A DNA stretch of 64,000 nucleotides from Candidatus Gottesmanbacteria bacterium RIFCSPHIGHO2_02_FULL_39_11 (GTDB lineage: Bacteria > Patescibacteriota > Microgenomatia > 2-02-FULL-39-11), in assembly GCA_001779195.1 (NCBI GenBank), contig MFJL01000026.1:3226-67225 (forward strand), read 5' to 3'. Numbering within the stretch: the first letter of the stretch is position 1; every line of letters begins with the position of its first letter. A program made the position numbers and the translations under genes. The notes below the pieces were generated by a model. That model saw nothing but the letters and a program-made list of their open reading frames with translations, made no database searches and was not told the DNA's origin. This document shows, piece by piece, positions 36,204 through 46,680 of the stretch.

Positions 36204-37398
36204 TTTTGTTATATTTCTTTATCGCCATTCCTAAAAGCTCCATTGCTCTTTCAAGTCTTTTCTCTTTAAGAACATAAGCAATCCGTATCTCATCTTTTCC
36301 TTTTCCGCCGCTCGCATAAAATCCGGTCGCCGGAGCAACCATAAGTGTCTCATTTTTGTCGCTGAATTCTTTGAGTAAATATTGGGCAAAGCGGTCGCTG
36401 TCTCTAATTGGAAGCTTCGGAATGATATAAAAAGCTCCCTGAGGAGGAGTGAATTTTGCACCTGTGATCTTTGAAAGACCTGAAACGATTGTATCTCTTC
36501 TGCTTTGATATACTTTTTTAATCTTTTCAGTATAGGATTTCCAATTTTTAAATGCAGGAATCATTGCAAGTTGTTCAATGGTTGCAACCGATAACCGCGA
36601 TTGTGCAAAACGAAGCATCACCTGCATAACTTCGCTGTTTTTACTTGCAACGCAGCCGATCCTTGCTCCGCAGGCATTAAATCTTTTAGATGTTGAATCG
36701 CAAATAATTAACTGGCTATGAATTTCAGAAAAACATATAAAGGGAAGAACTTTTTTATTATCAAAAACAATTTCCTGATACGTTTCGTCAGAAATAATAA
36801 ATAAATTATGTTCTTTTGCAATTTCAACAATTGTTTCTACTTCCTCATCTGTATAAACAGTCCCGGTAGGATTATTTGGGTTGCATACTACAATCCCTTT
36901 TGTTTTTTTGCCGATTGCCCTCTCTATAATTTCTTTTTTCGGCAGGTGAAATCCGTCCTCTACATGCGTCATGACAGGTTTTAAAACAATATCTCCCATA
37001 CGGGCAATGATGGCATAGCTTGTGTAAAAGGGGTCAAAAACCAAAAGCTCATCACCCGGATCACACACCGTAAAGAAAGCAAAAATAAGCCCTTCAGATC
37101 CTCCTGCTGTAACTATAATATCGTGATCTTCAATGGGATACTGCTTTGACCGGTAAAATTCTCCCCAGGCATGAATGGTTTCCGGAAATCCTAATGACGG
37201 AGCGTATTCCAAAGTTGTAAGCTTCAGTCTATGAATCTCTTTAAAAACTTCTGGAGGAGTAGGAAGATCCGGTTGCCCGATATTTACATGATAAACTGTC
37301 CTTCCCTTCTTTTTTGCTTCCTCAGCAAATGGCACAAGTTTTCGAATAGCTGATGAAGGAGTTTGGCGCCCCCGATTTGAAATGGATATTTTTTTCAT
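36193..37398 (-). CDS. PLP-dependent aminotransferase, class I/II (aspartate aminotransferase-like)
   Basis: Fold-type I length with a conserved SKRF lysine region. Confidence 0.75.
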   Translation of the reverse strand: MKKISISNRGRQTPSSAIRKLVPFAEEAKKKGRTVYHVNIGQPDLPTPPEVFKEIHRLKLTTLEYAPSLGFPETIHAWGEFYRSKQYPIEDHDIIVTAGGSEGLIFAFFTVCDPGDELLVFDPFYTSYAIIARMGDIVLKPVMTHVEDGFHLPKKEIIERAIGKKTKGIVVCNPNNPTGTVYTDEEVETIVEIAKEHNLFIISDETYQEIVFDNKKVLPFICFSEIHSQLIICDSTSKRFNACGARIGCVASKNSEVMQVMLRFAQSRLSVATIEQLAMIPAFKNWKSYTEKIKKVYQSRRDTIVSGLSKITGAKFTPPQGAFYIIPKLPIRDSDRFAQYLLKEFSDKNETLMVAPATGFYASGGKGKDEIRIAYVLKEKRLERAMELLGMAIKKYNKMSS

Positions 37399-37401
37399 AA
37401 C

Positions 37402-38901
37402 TTATCCTAAACTTTTTCTAAGCACTCCGGATCTGGTTATAAGATCCGAGACTTTTTTATGGTGCCGATCCTCGTAAATAGTGTCCGTCAATTCTTTATG
37501 TTCAAAATGAGACGGTTCTTTCGGTCCTAACTCAATATGAAAAATCTCTTCAATGCCTTCTATATCTTTTCGCAATCCGTTTAAGTTTTTTATGCTTCCT
37601 ATAGTCTTTTCAAGAGTATTTTGATTGAAAAAATAACCTGCCTGGATGATATCATTTTTAAGTGTGGGGTACAAATGTAAAATTTCAGAAAGTACACCTT
37701 TCTTTTTGGCATCTAGTAGTCCCCGCCCGGTTCCTATAATCTCAGGCGGAATCCCTATGGAATAAAGAGAAGCAGTAAAGGGAATTGCCCGGGGTAATGT
37801 CACTTTTCCGACTCCTCTGCTGTATCCAAACAATCCTACATGCTGCACCCGTTCGCGCCTTTTTGCTACCTGTTTACTCAGAATATTTATAAGCGGCGCA
37901 ATTTTTTCAATCGTTTCCCGATATGGTTTTTCAAAAAAGGAAACTGATTCTTTTGCAGTATTTTCAAGTTTCTTAGGAACGGAGACGGCACTTAGATGGG
38001 GAAGTTCCCTATTTAATTCGTGAATTGCTTCCTTGACTCTTTTCTCAGCATAATCATATCTAAAAGCACTTTGAATTGTGAGAGTTCTTACCCCCGGATA
38101 TTTTTGAATGGTTTCTGAAGTAGTTAACGGATTTACCCCTCCCCTAAAAGGAAGAGAGCCGGTCCCCAGCATCGGGAAAAGTTTTACTCCGGTTTCACTC
38201 TCCAAAGATGAGAAATTTGATAAAGCGCATCTGACTGCGAGCATTGTTGCAACCAGTCCTGAATTTAATGCCGGATCGCTTCTGGCACAATAGGGTCTTA
38301 GGTATTGGGGTTTTTTGCCGAATTTTTTAAGATGGAGTGAAATATATTTTTTTATGATGTTGCTTGATTCAAATATGCGCTCTACTTGCTCAAAAAGAGG
38401 AATAATTTCAATATGCTGAATGGAGTCTTCCATTTTCAACAGTTTGTGATCGATTGCGACAAGTTCACGAAATGCTTCCTGAATGTCCATAATCTCAGAA
38501 GCGGTCTCAGTAAGAGGGAGGATGGTTTCAAAAATAGGCGGGCTTGAGAATCCCAGACTTTCAGCCAACTGTGAACTGGTTATCATAACCATAAAGGCTC
38601 GTGCCAGTCTGAACTGCTTTTCAATCCGGGGATTAGGGATGCGGAATGTCAGAAATTTTTCTTTGCCCAGAGAGTGACTTTTAAAATAATCAAAGTATTT
38701 ATGCAAAAGCCGGTCAACAACGGCCTCATCCACAAACTTTCCCTCCCAGTCCCAGTTATATTCATCCATCCCGAGATTATTAAAACAATAATAAGCCTCG
38801 CGGGGTTCGGTTCCGGTTGATATATAAGCACGGGAATTCCAAAGAGGACGTCCTGCATTGTCCGGATGCTGAGTAGCCATGGTAGAGGGAATTTTGCGCA
38901 T
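37402..38901 (-). CDS. archaeal-type phosphoenolpyruvate carboxylase
   Basis: N-terminal IPSTMATQHPDN motif and ~500-aa length are characteristic of atPEPC (PpcA). Confidence 0.65.
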   Translation of the reverse strand: MRKIPSTMATQHPDNAGRPLWNSRAYISTGTEPREAYYCFNNLGMDEYNWDWEGKFVDEAVVDRLLHKYFDYFKSHSLGKEKFLTFRIPNPRIEKQFRLARAFMVMITSSQLAESLGFSSPPIFETILPLTETASEIMDIQEAFRELVAIDHKLLKMEDSIQHIEIIPLFEQVERIFESSNIIKKYISLHLKKFGKKPQYLRPYCARSDPALNSGLVATMLAVRCALSNFSSLESETGVKLFPMLGTGSLPFRGGVNPLTTSETIQKYPGVRTLTIQSAFRYDYAEKRVKEAIHELNRELPHLSAVSVPKKLENTAKESVSFFEKPYRETIEKIAPLINILSKQVAKRRERVQHVGLFGYSRGVGKVTLPRAIPFTASLYSIGIPPEIIGTGRGLLDAKKKGVLSEILHLYPTLKNDIIQAGYFFNQNTLEKTIGSIKNLNGLRKDIEGIEEIFHIELGPKEPSHFEHKELTDTIYEDRHHKKVSDLITRSGVLRKSLG

Positions 38902-38911
38902 ATAATGAATA

Positions 38912-38997
38912 TGTCATTCTGAGCGGAGCGAAGAATCCCGACCGATTGCATAATCCCAACGGGATCCTTCCCCCCGCGAACGGGGATCAGGATGACA
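38912..38997. repeat. composite palindromic repeat (TGTCATTCTGAGCGGAGCGAAGAATCC + family D module)
   Basis: Sits between recJ and PEPC; seen directly. Confidence 0.7.
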
Positions 38998-38999
38998 AC

Positions 39000-40676
39000 T
39001 CAATTCGAAACTTTAACATCAATGAGCGTCAACTGCAACTTTTTCTCTCCATTCCACTCATTCTCGCAAACCCTATATACAATGTCCAAATGGTTATTTT
39101 CGATAAACTCGGATACCCTTTCCCCCATTCCAAAACCCATTGCTTCATAGTAAGTATTATTTTTTGAATCTTTTATTTTTATTTTCAGATGGCTCCCTGT
39201 TTTTCCTACAAACCTTTTTTCAACTATTTCCGCATTTTTTGAAAGAAACACCGGCTCCGGATTTGCAACCCCGAAGGGCTTTAACAATTCAACGGTTTTT
39301 AACAGTTTAGTATCTAAAGCGGAAAGGGGAAGTTGGGCATCAACCGGTATTTCCTTTTCCATTTTTCTGCCCTTTAATATTTTCTTTGCTTTTTTCTCTA
39401 AAACTTCTTGAAGTTTCTCTACATTTTCAAGTTTGACGGTAAATCCTGCTGCCATAGGATGTCCTCCTACATCTACAAACCAACCTATCTCCTCCCTAAA
39501 AAATTCAACGATGTTAAATCCCGCAACTGATCTTGCCGAAGCTTTGGCAAATTCCTTTCCTAATGACATTACAACTGAAGGCTTGTTGTATTTTTCCGTA
39601 AGTTTTCCTGCAACCAAACCGATTATTCCTTCATTAAATTCTTCATGGCTGATAATTAGTATCGACTCATCTTTTTTAACCATCTCAAATGCAATATCCG
39701 TTGATTCGCGGGTCAAGTCCTGACGATTTGTGTTGGTATAGCCCAATATGCGAGCCAGCTCACGGGCACGTTTACCATCTGTTGTGCATAACAGCCTTAG
39801 CGCATCCATTGCGTGGGTAATCCTTCCCATGGCGTTAATTCGCGGAGCAATGATGTGTCCTATGTGATAAGTATCTATTTCCTTATCTTTTAATCCTGAT
39901 TGTTCAATAAGGGCAAGTAAACCCAAACGCTTTGTATTATTTAATCTTTCCAGTCCGAATTTTACAATTGCCCGGTTAGGACCCGTCAGAGGAACCAGAT
40001 CAGCAACCGTTCCAATAACCGCCAAGTCCAGATAATTTTTTTTCAATTCTTCAAAAGAAATTTCTTTAACAACAGATCTTAGGTAATTTGAAAAAAACCA
40101 GGAAATTCCGGATGCGCACAACCCGGTGGTATGAACCAATGCAAAAGGCTTAGGAGGATTTTTAGGTATTAAATGATGATCAAGAATAATTACATCCATT
40201 CCTAAGTGTTTGGCATACTCTACTTTTTCTCCTGATGTTATTCCGTGATCAACGGTTATAAGAAGTGCAGGATTAAATTCCTTCTTTATATTTTCAATTC
40301 CAAGTTTTGATAAGCCATACCCCTCACGTACCCGGTGAGGAACATACGGCATGACATGCCCCCCTAACTTATAAAGAGTTTCCCAAAGAATGGCACCTCC
40401 TGAAACTCCATCCGCGTCATAATCTGTATAGACAACTATCGATTCCCGATTTTTAATTGCTTTTTTAATTCTTACAACCGCAATATCTGCTTCTTTTTTA
40501 TCAATTCCGGTTGTCTGAAACGTAATGCTTTCTAATGTAGGATGCAGAAAACTTTCTTCATCTTTTTTCCCTATATTCCTATTTTTTAATAAAATCGAAA
40601 ATAAATTTTGTGAAGTTACTTCTTCTTGCGATAACAGTTTCCACGTTGTCATAGGAGATATAGTACAATAATACAA
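39000..40676 (-). CDS. recJ: single-stranded-DNA-specific exonuclease RecJ
   Basis: DHH motifs (VVYTDYDADGVSG, ILDHH) and DHHA1 domain (GGHPMAAG). Confidence 0.85.
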   Translation of the reverse strand: MYYCTISPMTTWKLLSQEEVTSQNLFSILLKNRNIGKKDEESFLHPTLESITFQTTGIDKKEADIAVVRIKKAIKNRESIVVYTDYDADGVSGGAILWETLYKLGGHVMPYVPHRVREGYGLSKLGIENIKKEFNPALLITVDHGITSGEKVEYAKHLGMDVIILDHHLIPKNPPKPFALVHTTGLCASGISWFFSNYLRSVVKEISFEELKKNYLDLAVIGTVADLVPLTGPNRAIVKFGLERLNNTKRLGLLALIEQSGLKDKEIDTYHIGHIIAPRINAMGRITHAMDALRLLCTTDGKRARELARILGYTNTNRQDLTRESTDIAFEMVKKDESILIISHEEFNEGIIGLVAGKLTEKYNKPSVVMSLGKEFAKASARSVAGFNIVEFFREEIGWFVDVGGHPMAAGFTVKLENVEKLQEVLEKKAKKILKGRKMEKEIPVDAQLPLSALDTKLLKTVELLKPFGVANPEPVFLSKNAEIVEKRFVGKTGSHLKIKIKDSKNNTYYEAMGFGMGERVSEFIENNHLDIVYRVCENEWNGEKKLQLTLIDVKVSN

Positions 40677-40699
40677 GATTTTGTCATTATACTATTAAT

Positions 40700-42049
40700 A
40701 TGTCATATTCACTTCCTCAATCAGTACAAGATTTAATAAAACAATTTCGCCATTCTAGATTTGAAATCTATGCTGTTGGTGGAGCTGTTAGAAATATGCT
40801 TCTTGGCAAACTTTCAAACGATTGGGATTTTACAACTAATGCAAAACCCGAAGAGATTCAAAAACTGTTTCCTGACTCGTTCTATGATAATTCTTTTGGC
40901 ACAGTCGGAATTCCCATTAAGGATAATGATGGAAATACCGAGTCCGTATATGAAGTAACTACGTTTAGATCCGATAGGAATTATTCAGATTCACGTCATC
41001 CTGATTCCGTAGCATGGGGAAGCTCTTTGCAAGAGGACCTCTTGAGAAGAGATTTTACAATAAATGCTATAGTATATGATGGAAAGTCTATTATTGATCC
41101 GTTAAACGGACAGGAGGATCTGAAAAATAAACTGGTAAAAGCCGTTGGAGATCCCCAAAAAAGATTTCAGGAGGATGCGCTTCGCATGATGCGGGCAGTT
41201 CGCATTGCAACGGAATTGGGATTTGCAATTGATGAGAGTACTTTTGATGCAATCAAAAAAAACGCGCCCCTCCTTTCTAAAATTTCAGGGGAAAGAATAC
41301 GGGATGAACTTATAAAAATACTCTCCTCAGATTATCCCTCTGACGGGATCATGGTTTTAAAAAATTCCACACTTCTCGATAGTATCATCCCCGAGTTTGT
41401 AATCTGTTTTGGAGTTGGTCAGATAAGCCCTAAAAGACACCATACCCTGGATGTCGGGACGCATCTTATTGAATCTCTCAGGAATTGTCCCTCAAAAGAT
41501 CCCATTGTACGGCTTGCAACTCTTCTTCATGACATCGGAAAACCGCAGACGCGCAAAGAAATTGACGGAGTAATTACTTTTTATAATCACGAAATAGTGG
41601 GGGCGGGAATTGTCAGAAGAATACTGGATCGTCTCCATTTTTCCAAAAAAGACAGAGAAAAAATTTACCGGTTAGTAAGATTTCATCAGTTTACCGTTGA
41701 TGAAAGACAGACGGATTCGGCCCTTCGAAGAATTCTAAGAAATGTAGGAGTTGAGAATATGGATAACATGTTAGCTCTTCGAACCGGAGACAGACTAGGC
41801 GGAGGAGCACGGGAAACTTCCTGGCGACTTGAACTTTTTAAGAAACGCCTCATTGAAGTTCAGATTATTCCGTTTTCCGTGCAGGATTTAAAAATAAGCG
41901 GATATGATGTGATGAAAGAATTAAATATAAAACCCGGCCCTCAAGTCGGAAAAATCCTGAATGAAATTTTTGAAAAAGTGGAAAAAGGAGAGTTGAAAAA
42001 TGAAAGAGAAGTTTTATTAAAATATATTCAATCCAATCAGCATTTCTAA
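40700..42049 (+). CDS. cca: tRNA nucleotidyltransferase (CCA-adding enzyme) with HD domain
   Basis: Pol-beta NT motif (YAVGGAVRN...DWDF) plus an HD domain (HTLDV...HDIGK). Confidence 0.8.
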   Translation: MSYSLPQSVQDLIKQFRHSRFEIYAVGGAVRNMLLGKLSNDWDFTTNAKPEEIQKLFPDSFYDNSFGTVGIPIKDNDGNTESVYEVTTFRSDRNYSDSRHPDSVAWGSSLQEDLLRRDFTINAIVYDGKSIIDPLNGQEDLKNKLVKAVGDPQKRFQEDALRMMRAVRIATELGFAIDESTFDAIKKNAPLLSKISGERIRDELIKILSSDYPSDGIMVLKNSTLLDSIIPEFVICFGVGQISPKRHHTLDVGTHLIESLRNCPSKDPIVRLATLLHDIGKPQTRKEIDGVITFYNHEIVGAGIVRRILDRLHFSKKDREKIYRLVRFHQFTVDERQTDSALRRILRNVGVENMDNMLALRTGDRLGGGARETSWRLELFKKRLIEVQIIPFSVQDLKISGYDVMKELNIKPGPQVGKILNEIFEKVEKGELKNEREVLLKYIQSNQHF

Positions 42050-42142
42050 ATCAAAACGGAACGAGTTACAAATACCTTCCGGCTTCAAAGTATTTAAAAC
42101 GGAACGGATTACAAATACCTTCCGGCTTAAAACTTAGTTCTT

Positions 42143-42487
42143 TTATTCAATTGTCATCTCGCTGGGAAAACCATCAAGTCGTCTTATAAATCGTTTTACA
42201 TCCTCCGGATCACCGCTATAAAATTCATAGTATCGGTCATCACTTAATAGGCTTTGGCTTCCATCACCATTTACTCTAAATATTTCTCCGCTTTTTCCGT
42301 ATCTGCCACACACTTCTATTTTTCCTTTAGACAAGCCTTCTTGTATAGCAATATCAATATGGCTCTCAGTGCCAAATCCCCATTTATCAGCCGTATACAA
42401 TGTACCACCGGCAAATATATATGGTACAGAAGATCTATCAAGTACTAAACCATTTCTACGATCATAACTTTCTACTGGATGAGACAT
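42143..42487 (-). CDS. hypothetical protein translationally coupled to secF (TAATG overlap)
   Basis: An internal Met at 42487 overlaps the secF stop (TAATG); the ORF track extends to 42511. Confidence 0.3.
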   Translation of the reverse strand: MSHPVESYDRRNGLVLDRSSVPYIFAGGTLYTADKWGFGTESHIDIAIQEGLSKGKIEVCGRYGKSGEIFRVNGDGSQSLLSDDRYYEFYSGDPEDVKRFIRRLDGFPSEMTIE

Positions 42488-43383
42488 TATTTTTTCTTCC
42501 TCTCTTCCCACAAAACTAATAATGGTGCTGCGTTAAATATGGATGAGTAAGTACCCGATAGTATACCGATTAATAGTGCTACGGCAAACCACCGGATGGA
42601 CTCTCCTCCGAAAAGAACGAGTGCCAGAATAGTGAGAAGTACAGTCAAAGATGTAGAAAGAGAACGGACGAGTGTCTGATTCATTGAGAAATTCACTATT
42701 TCTGAAAAATGTACTTCCGGCATTTTACGAAGATTTTCCCGGACCCGGTCAAAAACAACGATGGTATCATGTACGGAAAATCCCATGACAGTCAGAAGTG
42801 CTGTTATAAAAAGACTATCAACTTCAACTTTTAAGAAATGTCCGAGTATTGAAAATAGACCGACAACAACCAAAACATCATGGATAAGGGCAACTACTGC
42901 GCATACTCCGAATGCAATCGGGGAATACGGTTTGGGAATTTTGCGAAACGACCAGGCAATATACAAAATGATAAACAGAGAAGCAACGAGTACTGCCTTA
43001 ACGGCATTGAGTGTCGTTTCCTGACCTACACTCGGTCCAACTGTCTCGTATTTTTTCTGAATAACGGTACCCCCTATTTCTTTTTCAGCTGAGGATAGAA
43101 TCTCCCGACTTTTATTTACGTCAATCGGTTTCATTCTCAGTAAATACGAATCATCACCTGCCTCTGCAACGGATGCTACCTCTACTCCGCTTTTTACAAT
43201 CACATCTTTCAGTTTTTCTTTTGAGAATCCAGGAGACGGATTTTTTATCTGATACTCAAGAAGAGTTCCTCCGGTAAAATCAATGGAAGGACTAAGACCC
43301 CACAAGATAAGCGAAATAGTACCCGGAATAATAATAAGACCGGAGATAATAAAATAGAGGGTTTTTTTCCCGATGATATTCAT
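42487..43383 (-). CDS. secF: protein translocase subunit SecF
   Basis: Six-TM SecF pattern with conserved N-terminal region. Confidence 0.85.
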   Translation of the reverse strand: MNIIGKKTLYFIISGLIIIPGTISLILWGLSPSIDFTGGTLLEYQIKNPSPGFSKEKLKDVIVKSGVEVASVAEAGDDSYLLRMKPIDVNKSREILSSAEKEIGGTVIQKKYETVGPSVGQETTLNAVKAVLVASLFIILYIAWSFRKIPKPYSPIAFGVCAVVALIHDVLVVVGLFSILGHFLKVEVDSLFITALLTVMGFSVHDTIVVFDRVRENLRKMPEVHFSEIVNFSMNQTLVRSLSTSLTVLLTILALVLFGGESIRWFAVALLIGILSGTYSSIFNAAPLLVLWEERKKK

Positions 43384-43393
43384 GATTTGCTTT

Positions 43394-43494
43394 TGTCATT
43401 CCCGCGAAGGCGGGAATCCAATCATTTAGATAAAAATACTAATAATAAAACTTATTTATTAAGGAGTGGATCCCGGGTCAAGCCCGGGATGACA
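43394..43494. repeat. composite palindromic repeat (TGTCATTCCCGCGAAGGCGGGAATCC ... GGATCCCGGGTCAAGCCCGGGATGACA) between secD and secF
   Basis: Two hairpin modules with an AT-rich spacer fill the 117-nt secD-secF gap. Confidence 0.7.
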
Positions 43495-43500
43495 CCATAT

Positions 43501-44829
43501 TTAATCCTTATAAATCATTCCTAAAAACGTTCTGGTAATTACAACCGCGCTAAAAAGTGAAACTAAAATACCGATTGCCAAAGTGATTGCAAAGCCTCTT
43601 ATGGTTCCGCTCCCAAAGTAATACAAAATACCGCATGTCAGAAGTGAGGATACATTTGAATCCCGAATAGACGGATATGCCCGGTCAAAACCCAATCTAA
43701 GCGCGGATACAAAACTGTGTCCCCATCCCCTCTCTTCTTTCATTCTCTCAAATATTAAAATATTGGCATCAACCGCCATTCCAACTGATAGAATAAACCC
43801 GGCAATTCCTGCAAGAGTCAGAGTGACCGGAATAATTTTAAATATAGCAAGAGTTAGAAATGTATAGATAACCAGTGCACAAACGGCGACTATTCCTAAA
43901 ATTCCGTACTGGACGATCATAAAAACAGCAATAATAGTAAGCCCAATTCCGCCCGCTAGTAAACTTTTATCAATGGATGACTGTCCCAGAGTTGCTCCGA
44001 TGTTTCTTTCTTCAATAGGCTTAAGAGGAACGGGAAGCGCGCCTGCGTTTAGGGCAATTGAGAGTTTTTTTGCTTCATCTACTCCAAAACTTCCGTTAAT
44101 AACCGCTTTTCCTCCGTCGATTCTCTCGCTTACGTTCGGAGCTGAAAGAAGCTCGTTATCCAAAAATATCGCCAGTGTCTTTCCTATGTTTCGAGAAGTA
44201 ATGTCTGAAAATAGCTTTGATCCGGCTTCATCAAACTCCAAAGATACCTGCGGAACTCCTGTTTTCGGATCAAAGGTAACTTCAGATTTTTTCAGCTGTT
44301 TGCCTGTCAGTTTTGTCTCTTTAGGCCAGACTTCCAACAGACCTGACGGTGTTGCTACTTTGGCGCTTTCAGATGCTTCCTCCCGAAAAGTCAGTTGGGC
44401 AGTTTTGCCGATAAGATCAACCGCCTGGTGTACATCAGTCACCCCCGGAATTTCTGCAATAATCCGGTATGAGTTTCCCACTTTTGACTGCTGAATAACC
44501 GGCTCGGTAAGACCATACAGATTTACCCGTCTTTCAACAACCGTTTTAGCAGCATCAAAAGCACTTTTCCTGTCACTTTCGGCAACCCCGGTCATATCAG
44601 CCTCTAAAACCAGATGGGTTCCTCCGGAGAGGTCCAAACCAAATTTAGGAGGAAATGACTTTACGATATTAATTGGCCCTAAATGAATATTAAATTCAAG
44701 AGGATGAAGAGTACGGTTAATGTTAATTGGTCCGGCGTGAATATTCAAAGGAACACTGGGGATGTTAATAAGAACCGCGTAAAGGGTAATGATAAAAATG
44801 ATACCGATAAGAAATTTATTTTGTCTCAT
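43501..44829 (-). CDS. secD: protein translocase subunit SecD
   Basis: Periplasmic P1 domain plus C-terminal 6-TM core (LDLSGGTHLVLEAD). Confidence 0.85.
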   Translation of the reverse strand: MRQNKFLIGIIFIITLYAVLINIPSVPLNIHAGPININRTLHPLEFNIHLGPINIVKSFPPKFGLDLSGGTHLVLEADMTGVAESDRKSAFDAAKTVVERRVNLYGLTEPVIQQSKVGNSYRIIAEIPGVTDVHQAVDLIGKTAQLTFREEASESAKVATPSGLLEVWPKETKLTGKQLKKSEVTFDPKTGVPQVSLEFDEAGSKLFSDITSRNIGKTLAIFLDNELLSAPNVSERIDGGKAVINGSFGVDEAKKLSIALNAGALPVPLKPIEERNIGATLGQSSIDKSLLAGGIGLTIIAVFMIVQYGILGIVAVCALVIYTFLTLAIFKIIPVTLTLAGIAGFILSVGMAVDANILIFERMKEERGWGHSFVSALRLGFDRAYPSIRDSNVSSLLTCGILYYFGSGTIRGFAITLAIGILVSLFSAVVITRTFLGMIYKD

Positions 44830-45401
44830 CTTACCAATTCCTCTTCATCCCCTATTACCATAATCCGGGAACCTTTTAAAATTTCAAGAACAAAAGGATC
44901 CCGTCTATTTTTTCGAAACTCAAACTCTTCTTCACTCATTACCGTGTAATTAATCTCTTTTTCCCGCCTTACCTCCTCAGCTCTTACGATTTGATTTATT
45001 TCCGGTAATACTACCTTACCAACCAACAAGAGGTCAACCTCGTTTGCGTTTTTCTTTAAATTACGGGCAAATTTTCCTGCTATCATGGCAAACTTTACTT
45101 TGCCCAGCTTGGGCTTATTTTTGATAATTTCTCCGCCCATTCCTGTTGTTTTTACGATAAGTTCTAAAAGATCGTAATAAATGGAATAGTCCTTTCGAAG
45201 TGAATAAAAAAGCCGATTTGCCCGGTGCTCCTTACTCATGATCCCCTTTTTCTCAAGATGGGAAAGTTCTCTGCGGACCGCATTTATTTCCTCACTCGTC
45301 CGTCTTACAATCTCCCGGACATGATAGATAGTCTCAGGATTTGAGAAAAATAATTCGAGGATTTTGACCCTCACCCGCGAGACAATTAGATCATGTAGCA
45401 T
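44826..45401 (-). CDS. winged-helix DNA-binding domain protein with uncharacterised C-terminal domain
   Basis: N-terminal RVRVKILELFFSNPETIYHVREIVRRT (ArsR/PadR-like wHTH); it overlaps the secD start by 4 nt. Confidence 0.35.
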   Translation of the reverse strand: MLHDLIVSRVRVKILELFFSNPETIYHVREIVRRTSEEINAVRRELSHLEKKGIMSKEHRANRLFYSLRKDYSIYYDLLELIVKTTGMGGEIIKNKPKLGKVKFAMIAGKFARNLKKNANEVDLLLVGKVVLPEINQIVRAEEVRREKEINYTVMSEEEFEFRKNRRDPFVLEILKGSRIMVIGDEEELVR

Positions 45402-45441
45402 AATTACTCCTATACGGGCAGGCCTTTAAATAATTAAAATT

Positions 45442-46623
45442 TCATTGGTATGTCACTTGGCTTTCATTTGGAATAAGTTCAATCCAGATAAGGCCCCGGT
45501 TAAATTCGATCTCTTTTCCATCCGGCCCAAAATACTGGGTCCGTCCAATCCTGCTTTTTTTAGACCACGTCCCCATAATTTGTTTGCCGTCCTTAAAAAT
45601 AAGTGCCTTGCCGCCTCCTATAGTCCCGTACAGCAAATGTCCGTGTTCATCCACCGGCCCGGTCAATTTAGTAAGCTGAACAACTACATTTTTAACCCTG
45701 AGTTGCTCCTTTGTTGTCAGATCAAGATGAGCCGCTCCTCCCGTCTTTCTCTTGTAACTATTTGAAGCTTTGTCATAATCCCACTCCGCGTCATATTTTT
45801 CATACCCCTGGCTAAACTGGACTTTAACCGTATTTACGGCACTTTGATCCGTTGGCGAACCGTCTATAAATTTCCATGGGGTAAAGTTTTTATCCCATGC
45901 AATTCCCCGGTCATCTACATTGGTCCACTCTCTTTTTTCGGCTATCTTATATAGATTTTCAGAGAAACATACCATGGTATGCTCTGTAGCCACCGGATGG
46001 TCTAATCTATCAGGATTTCTGTAGCAGTCAGGATACCCGATGCCGAACTGATCCATATCTTTTATGCGATAGTTCTGGATTTGACACAGTGCTTTTGCAC
46101 GCGGGTCAACGGTATCATCCGGACATCTCCCGGCTCCTCCTACATGGTTATATAAAGCGTCATACTCTGAAACATAGTCCACATAATAGGTACGGGCTGA
46201 CCGCACAGGAGCAAATTCAATATTTTCAAAGGGTGTATTGCAATAAAAAACACCCATAAGTCTTGTGATCCATCCTTCAGCCAGTGCTTCGTAAATAATG
46301 TCAGCTCGGGAAATTCCCGACTGAGGTCTAGCCTCTTCCGTATTTTCAATCATGACGGCAAGAGGACGCCTAGTTGCCCATACCTCTTCTTCCTTTTTGG
46401 TATATTTCATACCGTTTAAGGGACATTCTTCGGTTTTGGGCAAAGATGGATCGACTTTGTATTTGGGTGTCGGAGAGACAGAAGTTTTAGGAGATTTTCC
46501 GTCCAGGCCCGATATATCTGCAAGCCCCTCTGAATTTACCCTGCTAAATCCCATAAAAGATACTCCGGTCACAACCAGATATAATCCTAAGCCACCAATA
46601 AGATAGGACAGCTTTTTATTCAT
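45442..46623 (-). CDS. hypothetical secreted protein/lipoprotein (DUF3048-like?)
   Basis: Internal Met (MNKKLSYLIGGLGLYLVV) then a signal/TM segment and a ~370-aa soluble domain; family guess only. Confidence 0.3.
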   Translation of the reverse strand: MNKKLSYLIGGLGLYLVVTGVSFMGFSRVNSEGLADISGLDGKSPKTSVSPTPKYKVDPSLPKTEECPLNGMKYTKKEEEVWATRRPLAVMIENTEEARPQSGISRADIIYEALAEGWITRLMGVFYCNTPFENIEFAPVRSARTYYVDYVSEYDALYNHVGGAGRCPDDTVDPRAKALCQIQNYRIKDMDQFGIGYPDCYRNPDRLDHPVATEHTMVCFSENLYKIAEKREWTNVDDRGIAWDKNFTPWKFIDGSPTDQSAVNTVKVQFSQGYEKYDAEWDYDKASNSYKRKTGGAAHLDLTTKEQLRVKNVVVQLTKLTGPVDEHGHLLYGTIGGGKALIFKDGKQIMGTWSKKSRIGRTQYFGPDGKEIEFNRGLIWIELIPNESQVTYQ

Positions 46624-46680
46624 AAACAATTCTCTCCTTTTTAAAACTAATAACTGACAACTAATAACCAACAACCGACT

